Of a stretch of DNA of 64,000 bases, positions 26,245-38,339 are shown piece after piece (within the stretch, counting starts at the first letter, position 1; each line of letters begins with the position of its first letter). The translations under genes and the position numbers were made by a program. The stretch lies in assembly GCA_964016885.1 (NCBI GenBank), contig CAXHJY010001118.1, positions 16,077-80,076 of the forward strand. Direction: 5' to 3'. The stretch is from Eledone cirrhosa. Taxonomy: Eukaryota. A model generated the notes under the pieces. It was not told the origin of the DNA and made no database searches. It worked only from the letters and a program-made list of their open reading frames with translations.

Positions 26245-27548
26245 AAAAGGGAGATCTCTCTAACACCAACAACTACAGGGGGATCTCACTGACGTCACTT
26301 GTAGCAAAGATCCTCAACAGGATGATTCTTAACAGGATCCAGCCTGAGATGGAAAAGAAGCTCAGAGACAACCAGAATGGCTTCAGAGAGGGAAGATCAA
26401 CCACCAGTCACATCCTGATGCTGAGGAGGATATTAGAGGGAGCTAGAGCAAAGAGCCTTCCTGTGGTCATGGTTTTCATTGACTTTAGGAAGGCCTTTGA
26501 TTCTGTTGACCGTCACTGCCTGATGAAGATCTTACAGGCTTATGGAATCCCCAAGAAGATAGTGGACCTGATATCACTGCTCTACACCAACACCCAAGTC
26601 ATTACACCTGATGGGATGACAGAGTTCTTTGAGATACTGGCTGGAGTGCTCCAGGGAGATACATTGGCTCCCTACCTTTTCATTATCGTAGTGGACTATT
26701 GTATGCGCCTTGCACTGAAGAAACACCAGGACTCTGGCTTTACTGTAGCACCGGCTCAGAGCAGGAGAGTTAAGGCGAAAAAGGTATCGGATGCTGAATT
26801 TGCCGATGACATAGTTTTGGTGACAAATACAGTGAAGGAGGCAGAGGATTTGGTGCGGGAGGTTGAGACTGTGTCGATGAGTGTGGGGCTGAGAATGAAT
26901 GAGACTAAAACAAAATATCTGGTAGAGAATGTTGAGAAGCCAGAGGGGATCACTAATGTAGGCGGGAAGCCGCTAGAATTGGTTGAGGGCTTCCTGTATT
27001 TGGGAGCAAAGATTGGGAATACGGAAGATGATGTGGTTGAGAGGAGGAGCAAAGCCTGGGTGGCATGTCACAGCTTGAGATTGGTGTGGAAGTCGGACCT
27101 TCATAAAGACCTGAAAATCCGCCTCTTCATTGCTGTAGTGGAGTCTGTGCTGCTGTACGGGTTTGAGACTTGGATACTGACCAAGAAACTCACTCAGATG
27201 GTGGATGGGTGCTACACGAGAATGCTGAGGATGGTTCTGAACATTAATCAGTATACACTGAGGATGAAAAACTCAGAGCTGTATGGGAGCATCCCAAAAG
27301 TCAGCTCAAAAGTGACACAGAGGTTAGCTGCACATGCTCACCGACATCCAGAGTTGACATTGCACTCAGTGCTCTTGTGGGAGCCCCTACATGGACACAC
27401 TAGAAGAGGAAGACCAAGGTTAACGTATGTTGATGCCCTAAGGACAGACACTGGTCTGTTGGAGACGCAGGACATGGCAGCAATAATGACGGACAGAGAC
27501 CGCTGGAGAGAACTCGTCCATGGATCTCGGGAATTTTACCCGCCTTAG
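26242..27548 (+). mobile_element. 5'-truncated RTE-like LINE (third family) with open 408-aa RT ORF, embedded in (TA)n
   Basis: NYRGISL, QNGFR, FIDFRKAFDSV, GVLQGDTLAPYLF, EFADD, FLYLG, VESVLLYG and RGRPRLTY; TA repeats on both sides; no PHD. Confidence 0.92.
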
Positions 27549-27572
27549 ATAGATATATATATATATATATAT

Positions 27573-27908
27573 AGCACCTTTTTGATTCCCACGTGTCTAA
27601 CACATGTGGGCATGCTTACACAGTCAGAAAACAGCACAGTTCCCATGACTTTTTGAAACATTTTTTCACTCTCAGAGTTGCTGAAGCATGGAACAAACTA
27701 CTGCATCCTTTAAAACCTCCATACTTCCTGAAATTCGCCAACACTACATCTGATATTCACCCTCTATACACATGCACACATGTATTTTATGACTCATACA
27801 CTGTTCATTTTCCTGACATTTGAACATTACTCTATGTGCTTTACATGCACCCTTGATGAGTTGTAGTGCACCTGAGCACTGTACATAATAATTTCATTAT
27901 TATTATTA
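27573..27908 (+). mobile_element. CR1-type LINE 3' end
   Basis: TCGHAYTVRKQHSSHDFLKHFFTLRVAEAWNKL resembles the CR1 ORF2 C-terminal motif (RGH..K...FF..RV...WN.L); followed by 3' UTR and (ATT)n. Confidence 0.82.
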
Positions 27909-27929
27909 TAATATATATATATATATATA

Positions 27930-28035
27930 CGGGATGTCCCCCTAAAAAATTGTATACACACTTCAACAGCATTCTAATAAATATTGCCTGTACAGGTAAT
28001 CAAAGTGTGTATACTTTTTGGGGGGAGACACCCTG
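27930..28035. mobile_element. Tc1/mariner-type MITE
   Basis: ta|cgggatgtcccc...aaattgtatacacact ... agtgtgtatactttt...gacaccctg|ta; related copy at 44202-44274. Confidence 0.7.
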
Positions 28036-28183
28036 TACATATAACTGTTGAAACGGCTGGAGCTCAGCTGTTGGGGTCCTGACTCTTTTCTTATATATAT
28101 ATATAAAAAATATTTATTGAGTTAAAAACTCACAATAGTCCCTTATAATCAAATTCACTCAAGGAAAATAATTTTCCGGGCCT

Positions 28184-28402
28184 TATAACACAGTAAAGAG
28201 AGATGAACACAGATATATAACTATATGTGTTCAAATCATAAGGGATAGTTATCATAGTGGGTCTGTATGTCTCTATTTATCCTTTTAATTGAGTTCTGTG
28301 AACTGTACAATTTTAGTCAGTATTTTCTTCACTCTGGCGGTTTCTGTCCCTTATGATTTGAATGCATATAGTTATACATCTGTGTTCATCTCACTTTTTC
28401 TG

Positions 28403-28407
<5 letters not shown>
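28184..28407. mobile_element. Foldback/MITE-like element with ~60-bp imperfect TIRs
   Basis: agatgaacacagatatataactatatgtgttcaaatcataagggatag pairs with ctgtcccttatgatttgaatgcatatagttatacatctgtgttcatct. Confidence 0.6.
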
Positions 28408-28460
<53 letters not shown>

Positions 28461-28699
28461 ATATATATCAACTAGAAATTGATTGACATATATATTTATC
28501 TAAAATAAACATATGAAACAATCACAGGGAATAATTTGTAAAAGTGTGTAAGCACACATAGCCAGGTAGGTAACTAATTAAAGTTTAACTAGAACTTTAA
28601 AAATAGATACCTTATAAATTGATTAATCTTCCTTGTATATATTTCATTAAAAAAATATATTTCACCATTAATCGATCAGTAAACCACAGTAGCCAAATC

Positions 28700-29350
28700 C
28701 CGGATTTTCAACAAGGGAGAAGATCTAACTATCTGTGTTTACACAGCAAATTCAAATCTGCGAATGACTAGCAGCACGTGTTGCATTTTTCAAAAATACA
28801 TACATCGTACCAGCTTCATCCCATTGGCGTGAATAGGGTTTTCGACAACTAGAAATAGCAGCCGAGTCCTTGGAATCTTGGAGCATATTCTATAGTGGAT
28901 ATGGCGCATGTCTCTTTGACATGACACCCTTAATTTAATTTTGGATATATATGTATATATATATAACCTCCATGCTTCCTGAGATTTGCCATCACTGATA
29001 GCCCTTTTTAAAAAAGGCCTTTCCTGTTCACAGTGTTGAATGAATGCTTTGGTAAATTCAACAATTATATTGTACAATCCCTTGTTCTTTTCCCGACATA
29101 TTGCTTTGGACAAATACCATGTGGGTAATGCTTCTGTTGGCTCTGAATTTACACAGCCTCCATGAGGATGGGTGGATGGGGGCCTTTCTATAATGATGAG
29201 CTCCAATCTTTTAGGAGTACTCTTGTGGGTATTATTTTTCCTAATATGGAGAGCTCAGTTATCCTCCAGTAGCTAGAGGTCTTATGGTAGTTTCCCATGT
29301 TCTCAACTGCAGACAAAGAATCATGGAGTTTGCTGTGCAACATCAATCCT
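28700..29350 (-). mobile_element. Highly degenerate RTE/BovB-like LINE fragment
   Basis: CREKNKGLYNIIVEFTKAF (cf. CRE.N..LY..F.D.TKAFD) in ORF 28790-29206. Confidence 0.55.
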
Positions 29351-29491
29351 TCATTCTTTCAAGCCCCAATTTCATAAAAACAGAATATTTATAAGAAATT
29401 AAGAAAATTTATTCTTTGTAAATATGTTGGTATTTCTTTACTTACATTTATAGAACAAAGAAAATTATATTAAAATTTTAAGGATTCTTAC

Positions 29492-29589
29492 CTCAGCATT
29501 CTGTGAAACAATAATATTTTCAAATTCAGCTTCTGGACATTGTACAAGATACATAGACGCAGCAGTATCATCTTCCATTTTTGGATTAA
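29492..29589 (-). CDS. Probable first or near-first coding exon: (I)NPK-MEDDTAASMYLVQCPEAEFENIIVSQNAE, ATG at 29578
   Basis: Acceptor ttttttttaag|TTAATC at 29590/29589; donor GCTGAG|gtaaga at 29492/29491. Phase-0 end joins exon 3189-3383 in frame. Too short for the ORF track. Confidence 0.78.
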
Positions 29590-30201
29590 CTTAAAAAAAA
29601 TGTAAATATTGACTAAGTTTAACAAATTGTATTGGCTTAACAACATTAAACAGAAATATAATTTTATTTACACATTTCTGACATGAGACGAGATGTTTAT
29701 CAAACAGTTATTCGGTGTAAGACTGAAAATATATCTCAAAAGTACTAAAATTTAAATATTCTTTGTCGAATTTGTGTCGAATCTGACTGACTGCTTCCTC
29801 TTCATGCTAGTATCCATTTAGACCTCAGGTGGCTTTGGTCCCTGATCTACTATTTTCCTCCACAAAATTGGGAGGTGCACATTCTGCCTAATGAAGGAGT
29901 TCTATGAGGTGGAATGGCTAATGCAGCAGGTGTTGCTGGTTATTCTCTGCAGCAATGACTTTGCCATTTTAACCATAGGTCATAGCTGAGATATACAACC
30001 TTGATTGGGGTGTAGAGTCTGCCATTCCCTCCCACTTTTCCCTAACTTGCATTATTTAATTTTTTCACTTTCTTTTATAGCAAACATCATATAATCCAAC
30101 TGAAATTTGTTGATTGTGGAGAAAGAGAAGTGTGTAGATGTTGATTGTCAAACAAATAATCATCAAAGCTAAATTTATATATCATGCTGTTTAAATTTTA
30201 A

Positions 30202-30422
30202 CCCTTTAGCATTTAAACCAGCCTTATCTAGCCAGAATTCTCTCACCTCTTCCTGTTCAAACTGACTGTAACCGGCTGCTCATACTGATGTTAAGGTATT
30301 GTTCTCAAAATAAATAATATCAAAATCTCATAGATTCGATTTTATGTGAGATAATTATGTGAGGTAAAGCCTTTACAATGAAAATATAATAGTATATATA
30401 GAGTAATGTAAATGCTAAAGGG
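30202..30422. mobile_element. piggyBac-type MITE (apparently complete, ~220 bp)
   Basis: ttaa|ccctttagcatttaaacc ... gtaaatgctaaaggg|ttaa. Confidence 0.85.
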
Positions 30423-30564
30423 TTAAGTTGATTTTATTTTCCATGGCAGCATACTAGAATGGAAATTTAAAGAAATCTAAGCTTTAGTTTAGCTTATTAT
30501 TATGTTGTTTTTTTTTTACTGGTAATTTACTCCTAGTGTTGTTCTGCTTGCAATGCAGATTTTA

Positions 30565-30972
30565 TAGACTGATAATTCCAACCAATCTGGTCATCTTTCC
30601 AACAACAACCTTGAGCACCTTTTTGAATTCCATGTGTCTCACACCCATGGACATGCTTACAAAATCAGAAAACAACACAGCTCCCATGACTTTTGGAAAT
30701 GTTTTTCCATGATCAGAGTTGTTGAAGCATGGAACAAACTACTTGCATCAGCTGTTAGCTGCTGGGACACTGCATCCTTCAAAACTTCAATGCTTCCCGA
30801 AATTCACCAACACTATATCAGATATATTCCCCTTCCATACACACACACACATGCATCTGTGTGTATATCATGACTCATACACTGTTCACTTTTCCGACAT
30901 TTGTACATTATTCTATGTACTATACATGCACCTTTGATGAGTTGTAGTGCACCCGAGTACTATACACAATCT
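30565..30972 (+). mobile_element. CR1-type LINE 3' end
   Basis: HTHGHAYKIRKQHSSHDFWKCFSMIRVVEAWNKL..SFK plus 3' UTR. Confidence 0.82.
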
Positions 30973-31337
30973 ATTCTGGAATACGTGAATAATCATCTGT
31001 ATTGAGATATATAGGAGTCGTATAGTTCTTTGAAAATATCTTAGTAAGTAGACTAACATCTATCACATTTACCTAATCTGAAGCATCATTCCAAGAAATC
31101 AAGACCAACATGCCAAGTTAGCCTCTGTACACAAAAATGTGAGCAAAATGAGTGGCATTACAATTATACAACAAACTACTAAATGTCAGAAAGGCTGGAT
31201 TAAGTCCTTTTGAGGACCTTAAAAGATTATAATGCTCCCAAATATAAAGTCAGCAAAAAAGGTTTTATTGGAATGATAAATGCAATTAATTTGAATACAA
31301 TGTTGTCATGTTCTAAACATGAACTTATTTTTATTAA

Positions 31338-31663
31338 CCCTTTAGTATTTACATTACTCTATATTTACTATTATATTTTCATGGTAAAGGCTTTATCTCA
31401 TATAGTATCGTATCTATGAGATTTTGATATATTTTATTTTGAGATCAATACCTCAGCATCAGTATGAGTGGCCGGTTTAACTCTTTAGCGTTTAAACTGG
31501 CAATATCCGGCCAGAATTCTCTCACCTCTTTCTGTTCAAACCAGCTGTAACCGGCTACTGATGTTAAGGTATTGTTCTCAAAGTAAATAATATCAAAATC
31601 TCATAGATTCAGTATTATGTGAAAATATAATAGTAAATATAGAGTAATGTAAATGCTAAAGGG
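31338..31663. mobile_element. Two piggyBac-type MITEs in opposite orientation (31338-31476 and 31481-31663)
   Basis: The second copy is bounded by TTAA at 31477-80 and 31664-67; the first copy breaks off at that TTAA. Confidence 0.8.
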
Positions 31664-31968
31664 TTAATGGTTAATCCAATTCTACAGCTATGATTGATCT
31701 AAGATATATTCAGTGTGATAGAACTTTGTTACACTTCCATAGATTAAATCAACTATTTCCAGACCACAATTCTAAGAAAGGATGACTTGTTAGTAACAAC
31801 TTGACACAGCTCTGGAATACCGAATACCCTATTCCATAAGAGACTTCTGTTCACTTAACCCTTTTCTTACCATATTTCCAATTACTGACACTACTTATGA
31901 TTTTCAATTAATCTTGAAAATAATTAACAATTTGAAGAAATTTAGTAATTTTCTTATTATTAAATTAA

Positions 31969-32157
31969 CTCTTTAGCATTTACATTACTTTATATTTACT
32001 GTATTTTTGTGGTAAAGTCCTTATTTCAAATAATATTAAATCTATGAGATTTTGATATTTATTTTGAGAACAATACCTTAACATCAGTATGAGTCAGTTT
32101 GAACAGAAAAAGGTGAGAGAATTCTGGCCAGATATAGCCGGTTTAAATACTAAAGGG
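31969..32157. mobile_element. piggyBac-type MITE, apparently nested in an older TTAA-CCCTTT element starting ~31855
   Basis: ttaa|ctctttagcatttaca ... aaatactaaaggg|ttaa. Confidence 0.8.
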
Positions 32158-32461
32158 TTAATAATTTAAACATGTTTAATCTCATGTTTACAAGATGAAC
32201 AACTTTAATATTAAAATATATACATTGTTTTTAGTCGTTTTATCTCTGTGTCTGATTCCTACATCTTACATAGTATCAGACTGAATTGAAACTACAAAAT
32301 GATTTTAAAGAAATGTGGGAGACCCACACATTCAATCACATACGACAACAAAATGTACTGGAGTTTCCCTTAAATAATTTTTATGGCATGCCAACACACA
32401 CCTGCAGTGATTTAAACAAGACAAGTAACTTTTGTTTTGAAGACAACGAGCGAAGTTGGAA

Positions 32462-32860
32462 ATTTAGTAGAAATAGAAGCTTTCGCTGTATTTTGACTAT
32501 AGAAATTAGCCTGATAGTGGGATTTAGAACCCTCTAAATGGAAAAGGATGAGAGGGTTTTAAACCCCACTATCAGGTTAATTTCTTTAGTCAAAATACAG
32601 TGAAAGCTATTTCTGCTAAAGTAACCTTTAATTTATAGGTGCAGTTTGAGTGTATTAACCACTCTTAGATGCCGTACATTGTAGATTCTATGAAAACCCT
32701 CTCATCCTTTTCCATTTAGAGGGTTTTAAACCCCACTATCAGGTTAATTTCTTTAGTCAAAATACAGTGAAAGCTATTTCTGCTAAAGTAACCTTTAACT
32801 TATAGGTGCAGTTTGAGTGTACTAACCACTCTTAAACGCTGTATACTGTTGATTCTATGA
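32462..32860. repeat. Combined inverted + direct local duplication
   Basis: 32551-32692 repeats at 32718-32860 (period 167); 32462-32560 is the reverse complement of ~32693-32790. Confidence 0.85.
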
Positions 32861-34000
32861 ATTTTTCTCAGACTCTTACAATAGTGGGGATTGTTTTAAT
32901 TTCTACTTTCTACAAGGGAATGTTTGTAGGTATTGATTCTTTCTTTTTTTTTTTTTTTTTTTTTACTTGTTTGAGGAATTAGACTGCAACCATGCCAGGG
33001 CACTGCTCTGTAAGTCTGGTATTTATTTTATCTATCTCTTTTTTATTGAGCCACTAAGTTACAGGACATAAACACACACCCACACACACACGAATATAAT
33101 ATATATTCAGGAATATATTTTTCAAGTGACCCATTTCTTGCATATAATCTGATTCATTGGTGCAGATAGTTATGCTCAATGCTATAGATATTTGACAATC
33201 CCTTTTGAATAGAATCATGTGGTTGTCAGTTTTTGAACCACTACATCAAAGTATAACACTTGTTTGTTGTTTTCCTTCTTAACTCTTTCATTACCATATT
33301 TCTAATTAAACATTCAATATTTTAATTAATTAATTGATAATTTAGAGGGATTTACTAAAATTATTCTTTCATTAAGATGTAACATAAAAAAATGTTCTTA
33401 GATGAAATTATGTTGGAAACTTTTAATTAAAATAGGAAACTTTTAAAATGGGCAGCTTTATTTCATAGAGACAGGTTTTGGGTGGGTTAAAGGTGAACTG
33501 GATAGATTTATAGCAAGCTTGTATCTGCAAGATTGGCAACACCAAAAGGGTGTGCACAGAGTTCAGAAAGTAATACAGATAAGTAGTACAGGTACAAGCC
33601 AAAGCTAAAGCATATAGACAGTATCCCCCCCCCCCCACACACACACTCCCACTGTAAAGTGGTCGTGCATGTGTCACAACAAAAAAGCACCCAGTCCACA
33701 CTGTAAAGTGGTCGTGTAGGCGCCACAGAAAAAAATCCCCAAGTACTCACTGTAAATGAGGCTGGTGTTAAGAAGGGCATCCAGCTGTAGAAATCAAGCC
33801 CAAATCAGTTCTGTATGAGCAAGACATGGTCACCTGACCTGACATTGCCCACAACAGGACAACCCGTCTAACTCATGCTAGCGTGGAAGAATGGATATAT
33901 GATGATGATGATGAATCTTAATCAAGCTGACAGATTCAGTATTGTAATCCCAAGAGATAAATCTTTAAAGCAATCAATGTAGATGTTAGCCATTACTTAC

Positions 34001-34157
34001 TTGTCATAATGGTGAACTTATAGCTATCCATTCCAATTATTGGGAAAATTCCATAATAAATAGAATCAAATAGACTTATAAATAGGGGACTCTTATAAAT
34101 GAGGATCACTTCAAAAAGTTTTTTTTTAAAGACCCTCAATGTACCAACAATGATAGT
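34001..34157 (-). other. Candidate upstream exon (5' UTR, possibly with in-frame ATG at 34031)
   Basis: Long polypyrimidine tract + ttctttaag|ACTATC at 34158/34157; donor GACAA|gtaagt at 34001/34000. Phase 1 matches exon 29492-29589. Confidence 0.45.
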
Positions 34158-34368
34158 CTTAAAGAAGGGGGGAGGGAGGCAGAGAAGAAGAAGAAGCAAA
34201 AAGGAAGAAAGAAAAAGAAGAAAGAAAGAAAAAGAAGTGAAAAAGAAGAAGGAAAAAGAAGCAAAAGAAGAAAGAAGAGGATATTTCTGACTCAATATCG
34301 GCAGTTTATGTAACACAATAGGAAGCTATTATATATCTTCTCAAAGTAAATAAACTTGGAGTTCCTCT

Positions 34369-37301
34369 AATTCTTACTGTCAACTAGAGTAACAACCTAT
34401 CTGTTGAACAATTCTTACTGTCAATTATAGTAATATAGCCTATCTGTTGAACAATTCTTACTGTCAATTATAGTAACACAGCCTATCTGTTGAACAATTC
34501 TTACTGTCAACTATAGTAACAGCCTATCTGTTGAACAATTCTTACTGTCAATTATAGTAACACAGTCTATCTGTTGAACAATTCTTACTGTCAATTATAG
34601 TAACACAGCCTATCTGTTGAACAATTCTTACTGTCAATTATAGTAACACAGCCTATCTGTTGAACAATTCTTACTGTCAATTATAGTAATATAGCCTATC
34701 TGTTGAACAATTCTTACTGTCAATTATAGTAACACAGTCTATCTGTTGAACAATTCTTACTGTCAATTATAGTAACACAGCCTATCTGTTGAACAATTCT
34801 TACTGTCAACTATAGTATAGCCTATCTGTTGAACAATTCTTACTGTCAACTATAGTAACAGCCTATCGAACAATTCTTACTGTCAATTATAGTAATATAG
34901 CCTATCTGTTGAACAATTCTTACTGTCAATTATAGTAACACAGTCTATCTGTTGAACAATTCTTACTGTCAATTATAGCAACACAGCCTATCTGTTGAAC
35001 AATTCTTACTGTCAATTATAATAATATAGCCTATCTGTTGAACAATTCTTACTGTCAATTATAGTAACATAGTCTATCTGTTGAACAATTCTTACTGTCA
35101 ATTATAGTAACACAGCCTATCTGTTGAACAATTCTTACTGTCAACTATAATATAGCCTATCTGTTGAACAATTCTTACTGTCAATTATAGTAATATAGCC
35201 TATCTGTTGAACAATTCTTACTGTCAATTATAGTAACACAGCCTATCTGTTGAACAATTCTTACTGTCAATTATAATAATATAGCCTATCTGTTGAACAA
35301 TTCTTACTGTCAATTATAGTAACATAGTCTATCTGTTGAACAATTCTTACTGTCAATTATAGTAACACAGCCTATCTGTTGAACAATTCTTACTGTCAAT
35401 TATAGTAACACAGTCTATCTGTTGAACAATTCTTACTGTCAATTATAGTAACACAGCCTATCTGTTGAACAATTCTTACTGTCAACTATAGTAACAGCCT
35501 ATCTGTTGAACAATTCTTACTGTCAATTATAGTAACACAGCCTATCTGTTGAACAATTCTTACTGTCAACTATAATATAGCCTATCTGTTGAACAATTCT
35601 TACTGTCAATTATAGTAACACAGCCTATCTGTTGAACAATTCTTACTGTCAATTATAGTATTATAGCCTATCTGTTGAACAATTCTTACTGTCAATTATA
35701 GTAATATAGCCTATCTGTTGAACAATTCTTACTGTCAATTATAGTAACACAGCCTATCTGTTGAACAATTCTTACTGTCAACTAGAGTAACACAGCCTAT
35801 CTGTTGAACAATTCTTACTGTCAATTATAGTAACATAGTCTATCTGTTGAACAATTCTTACTGTCAATTATAGTAACATAGCCTATCTGTTGAACAATTC
35901 TTACTGTCAATTATAGTAACACAGTCTATCTGTTGAACAATTCTTACTGTCAATTATAGTAATATAGCCTATCTGTTGAACAATTCTTACTGTCAATTAT
36001 AGTAACACAGCCTATCTGTTGAACAATTCTTACTGTCAACTATAGTAACAGCCTATCTGTTGAACAATTCTTACTGTCAATTATAGTAACACAGCCTATC
36101 TGTTGAACAATTCTTACTGTCAACTATAATATAGCCTATCTGTTGAACAATTCTTACTGTCAATTATAGTAACACAGCCTATCTGTTGAACAATTCTTAC
36201 TGTCAATTATAGTAATATAGCATATCTGTTGAACAATTCTTACTGTCAATTATAGCAACACAGCCTATCTGTTGAACAATTCTTACTGTCAATTATAGGA
36301 ATATAGCCTATCTGTTGAACAATTCTTACTGTCAATTATAGGAATATAGCCTATCTGTTGAACAATTCTTACTATCAATTATAGTAATATAGCCTATCTG
36401 TTGAACAATTCTTACTGTCAATTATAGTAACACAGCCTATCTGTTGAACAATTCTTACTGTCAACTATAATATAGCCTATCTGTTGAACAATTCTTACTG
36501 TCAATTATAGTAACACAGCCTATCTGTTGAACAATTCTTACTGTCAATTATAGTAATATAGCATATCTGTTGAACAATTCTTACTGTCAATTATAGCAAC
36601 ACAGCCTATCTGTTGAACAATTCTTACTGTCAATTATAGGAATATAGCCTATCTGTTGAACAATTCTTACTGTCAATTATAGGAATATAGCCTATCTGTT
36701 GAACAATTCTTACTATCAATTATAGTAATATAGCCTATCTGTTGAACAATTCTTACTGTCAATTATAGTAATATAGCCTATCTGTTGAACAATTCTTACT
36801 GTCAATTATAGTAATATAGCCTATCTGTTGAACAATTCTTACTGTCAACTAGAGTAACACAGCCTATCTGTTGAACAATTCTTACTGTCAATTATAGTAA
36901 CACAACCTATCTGTTGAACAATTCTTACTGTCAATTATAGTAACATAGTCTATCTGTTGAACAATTCTTACTGTCAATTATAATATAGCCTATCTGTTGA
37001 ACAATTCTTACTGTCAATTATAGTAATATAGCCTATCTGTTGAACAATTCTTACTGTCAATTATAATAATATAGCCTATCTGTTGAACAATTCTTACTGT
37101 CAATTATAGTAACACAGCCTATCTGTTGAACAATTCTTACTGTCAATTATAGTAACACAGCCTATCTGTTGAACAATTCTTACTGTCAACTATAGTAACA
37201 GCCTATCTGTTGAACAATTCTTACTGTCAATTATAGTAACAGCCTATCTGTTGAACAATTCTTACTGTCAACTATAGTAACAGCCTATCTGTTGAACAAT
37301 T
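34369..37301. repeat. Tandem satellite, 43-bp unit (40/41-bp variants), roughly 69 copies
   Basis: Unit ctgtcaattatagtaacacagcctatctgttgaacaattctta repeated head to tail. Confidence 0.97.
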
Positions 37302-38048
37302 TCTTTAATTAACACCCCTTTGTCCTTCATGGGCAGAATTTTTTCATATGTGAAAAGTACAGCACATTTCATAAAACTGGTCTAGTACATGCCAATCATG
37401 TCTTGCCAAATTATCAGCCATAATGTGTTTACAGTTGTTATGTTCTATAATTTTAGGTATTAAAAAATGAAAAAAGAAAAAAAATACATAAGCAGGTAAA
37501 ACACACATCTAGAAACACAACAAAAGGAAGGCAGGTGAAAGAGGTGAACAAATGAACTGCTACCAGAACAAAAGATTATGATATCACAAAGAGTACTGGA
37601 AAACCTCTTTAATAATTTTTTAGACAAGCCAGCATGTTTGTAGTATTACCTTGGGTGATGGCGGGGCTGATGCACTGGGACAGCTAAGCACCTTCATGAG
37701 CGTCACCAGTTACCTCAGTTAGGTGACCCGCCAGTGAAGACAAGAAAATACTTTGAAATTTGTCTCCTTTTTTGTTTGAGTCTTAGAAAACTAGAAATTG
37801 TGCCATGGTATAGAAATAATAGTCTAAATTTATGTAAAATGTTATGTCCTTGAAAATGGCTTAGTCTACATGACTGGTAGCAACATCATTTCCTAATAGT
37901 TGATAGCAGGGAATGGTTGAGTTGGAAAGATAAATACTATCTAAACTCTGACTATACAAATCCATTCAACCAATGTAGTAATGAATATAAAATAGAGGAA
38001 ACAAGTGTTGTTATTTATAAGATAAAAGTATAAGTGCTGTTTTCTTAC

Positions 38049-38143
38049 TTCCCTAAATTCTTTCAGTTACAGAAGATGAATAGATAAATAAGCAGTTGGT
38101 GATTTGTCATTGTGACCAAGACGCAGAATGTTTTGTTACTGAC
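38049..38143 (-). other. Candidate non-coding (5' UTR) exon
   Basis: Acceptor tttcattttcgaaag|GTCAGT and donor GGGAA|gtaaga; stops in all three frames; non-repetitive sequence. Confidence 0.4.
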
Positions 38144-38339
38144 CTTTCGAAAATGAAATAATAACTAGGTTAAGTGACAGTAATTATTTAAATAAAATTT
38201 CCATATACTTTTCTTTTTTTTTTTGAAAAGACTTAAAACATACAGTAACATCTGTTAACTTGGAAAATATTTCTTATATTCACATCTACCTGTATTTTTT
38301 ATCCTGGTGATCTCATTTTTACACTGACTTATTTATAAA

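Noticed and set aside
33993-34316. Hydrophobic 107-aa ORF and Lys/Arg-rich antisense ORF as standalone genes
   Set aside because: Largely produced by the purine-rich (GAA/AAAG) simple repeat at 34160-34280; only 34001-34157 is retained as a candidate exon.
34369-37301. CRISPR-like array (constant 27-bp core + variable segment)
   Set aside because: Variable segments are only 13-16 bp, drawn from a few related alleles and reused; no cas genes; eukaryotic context.
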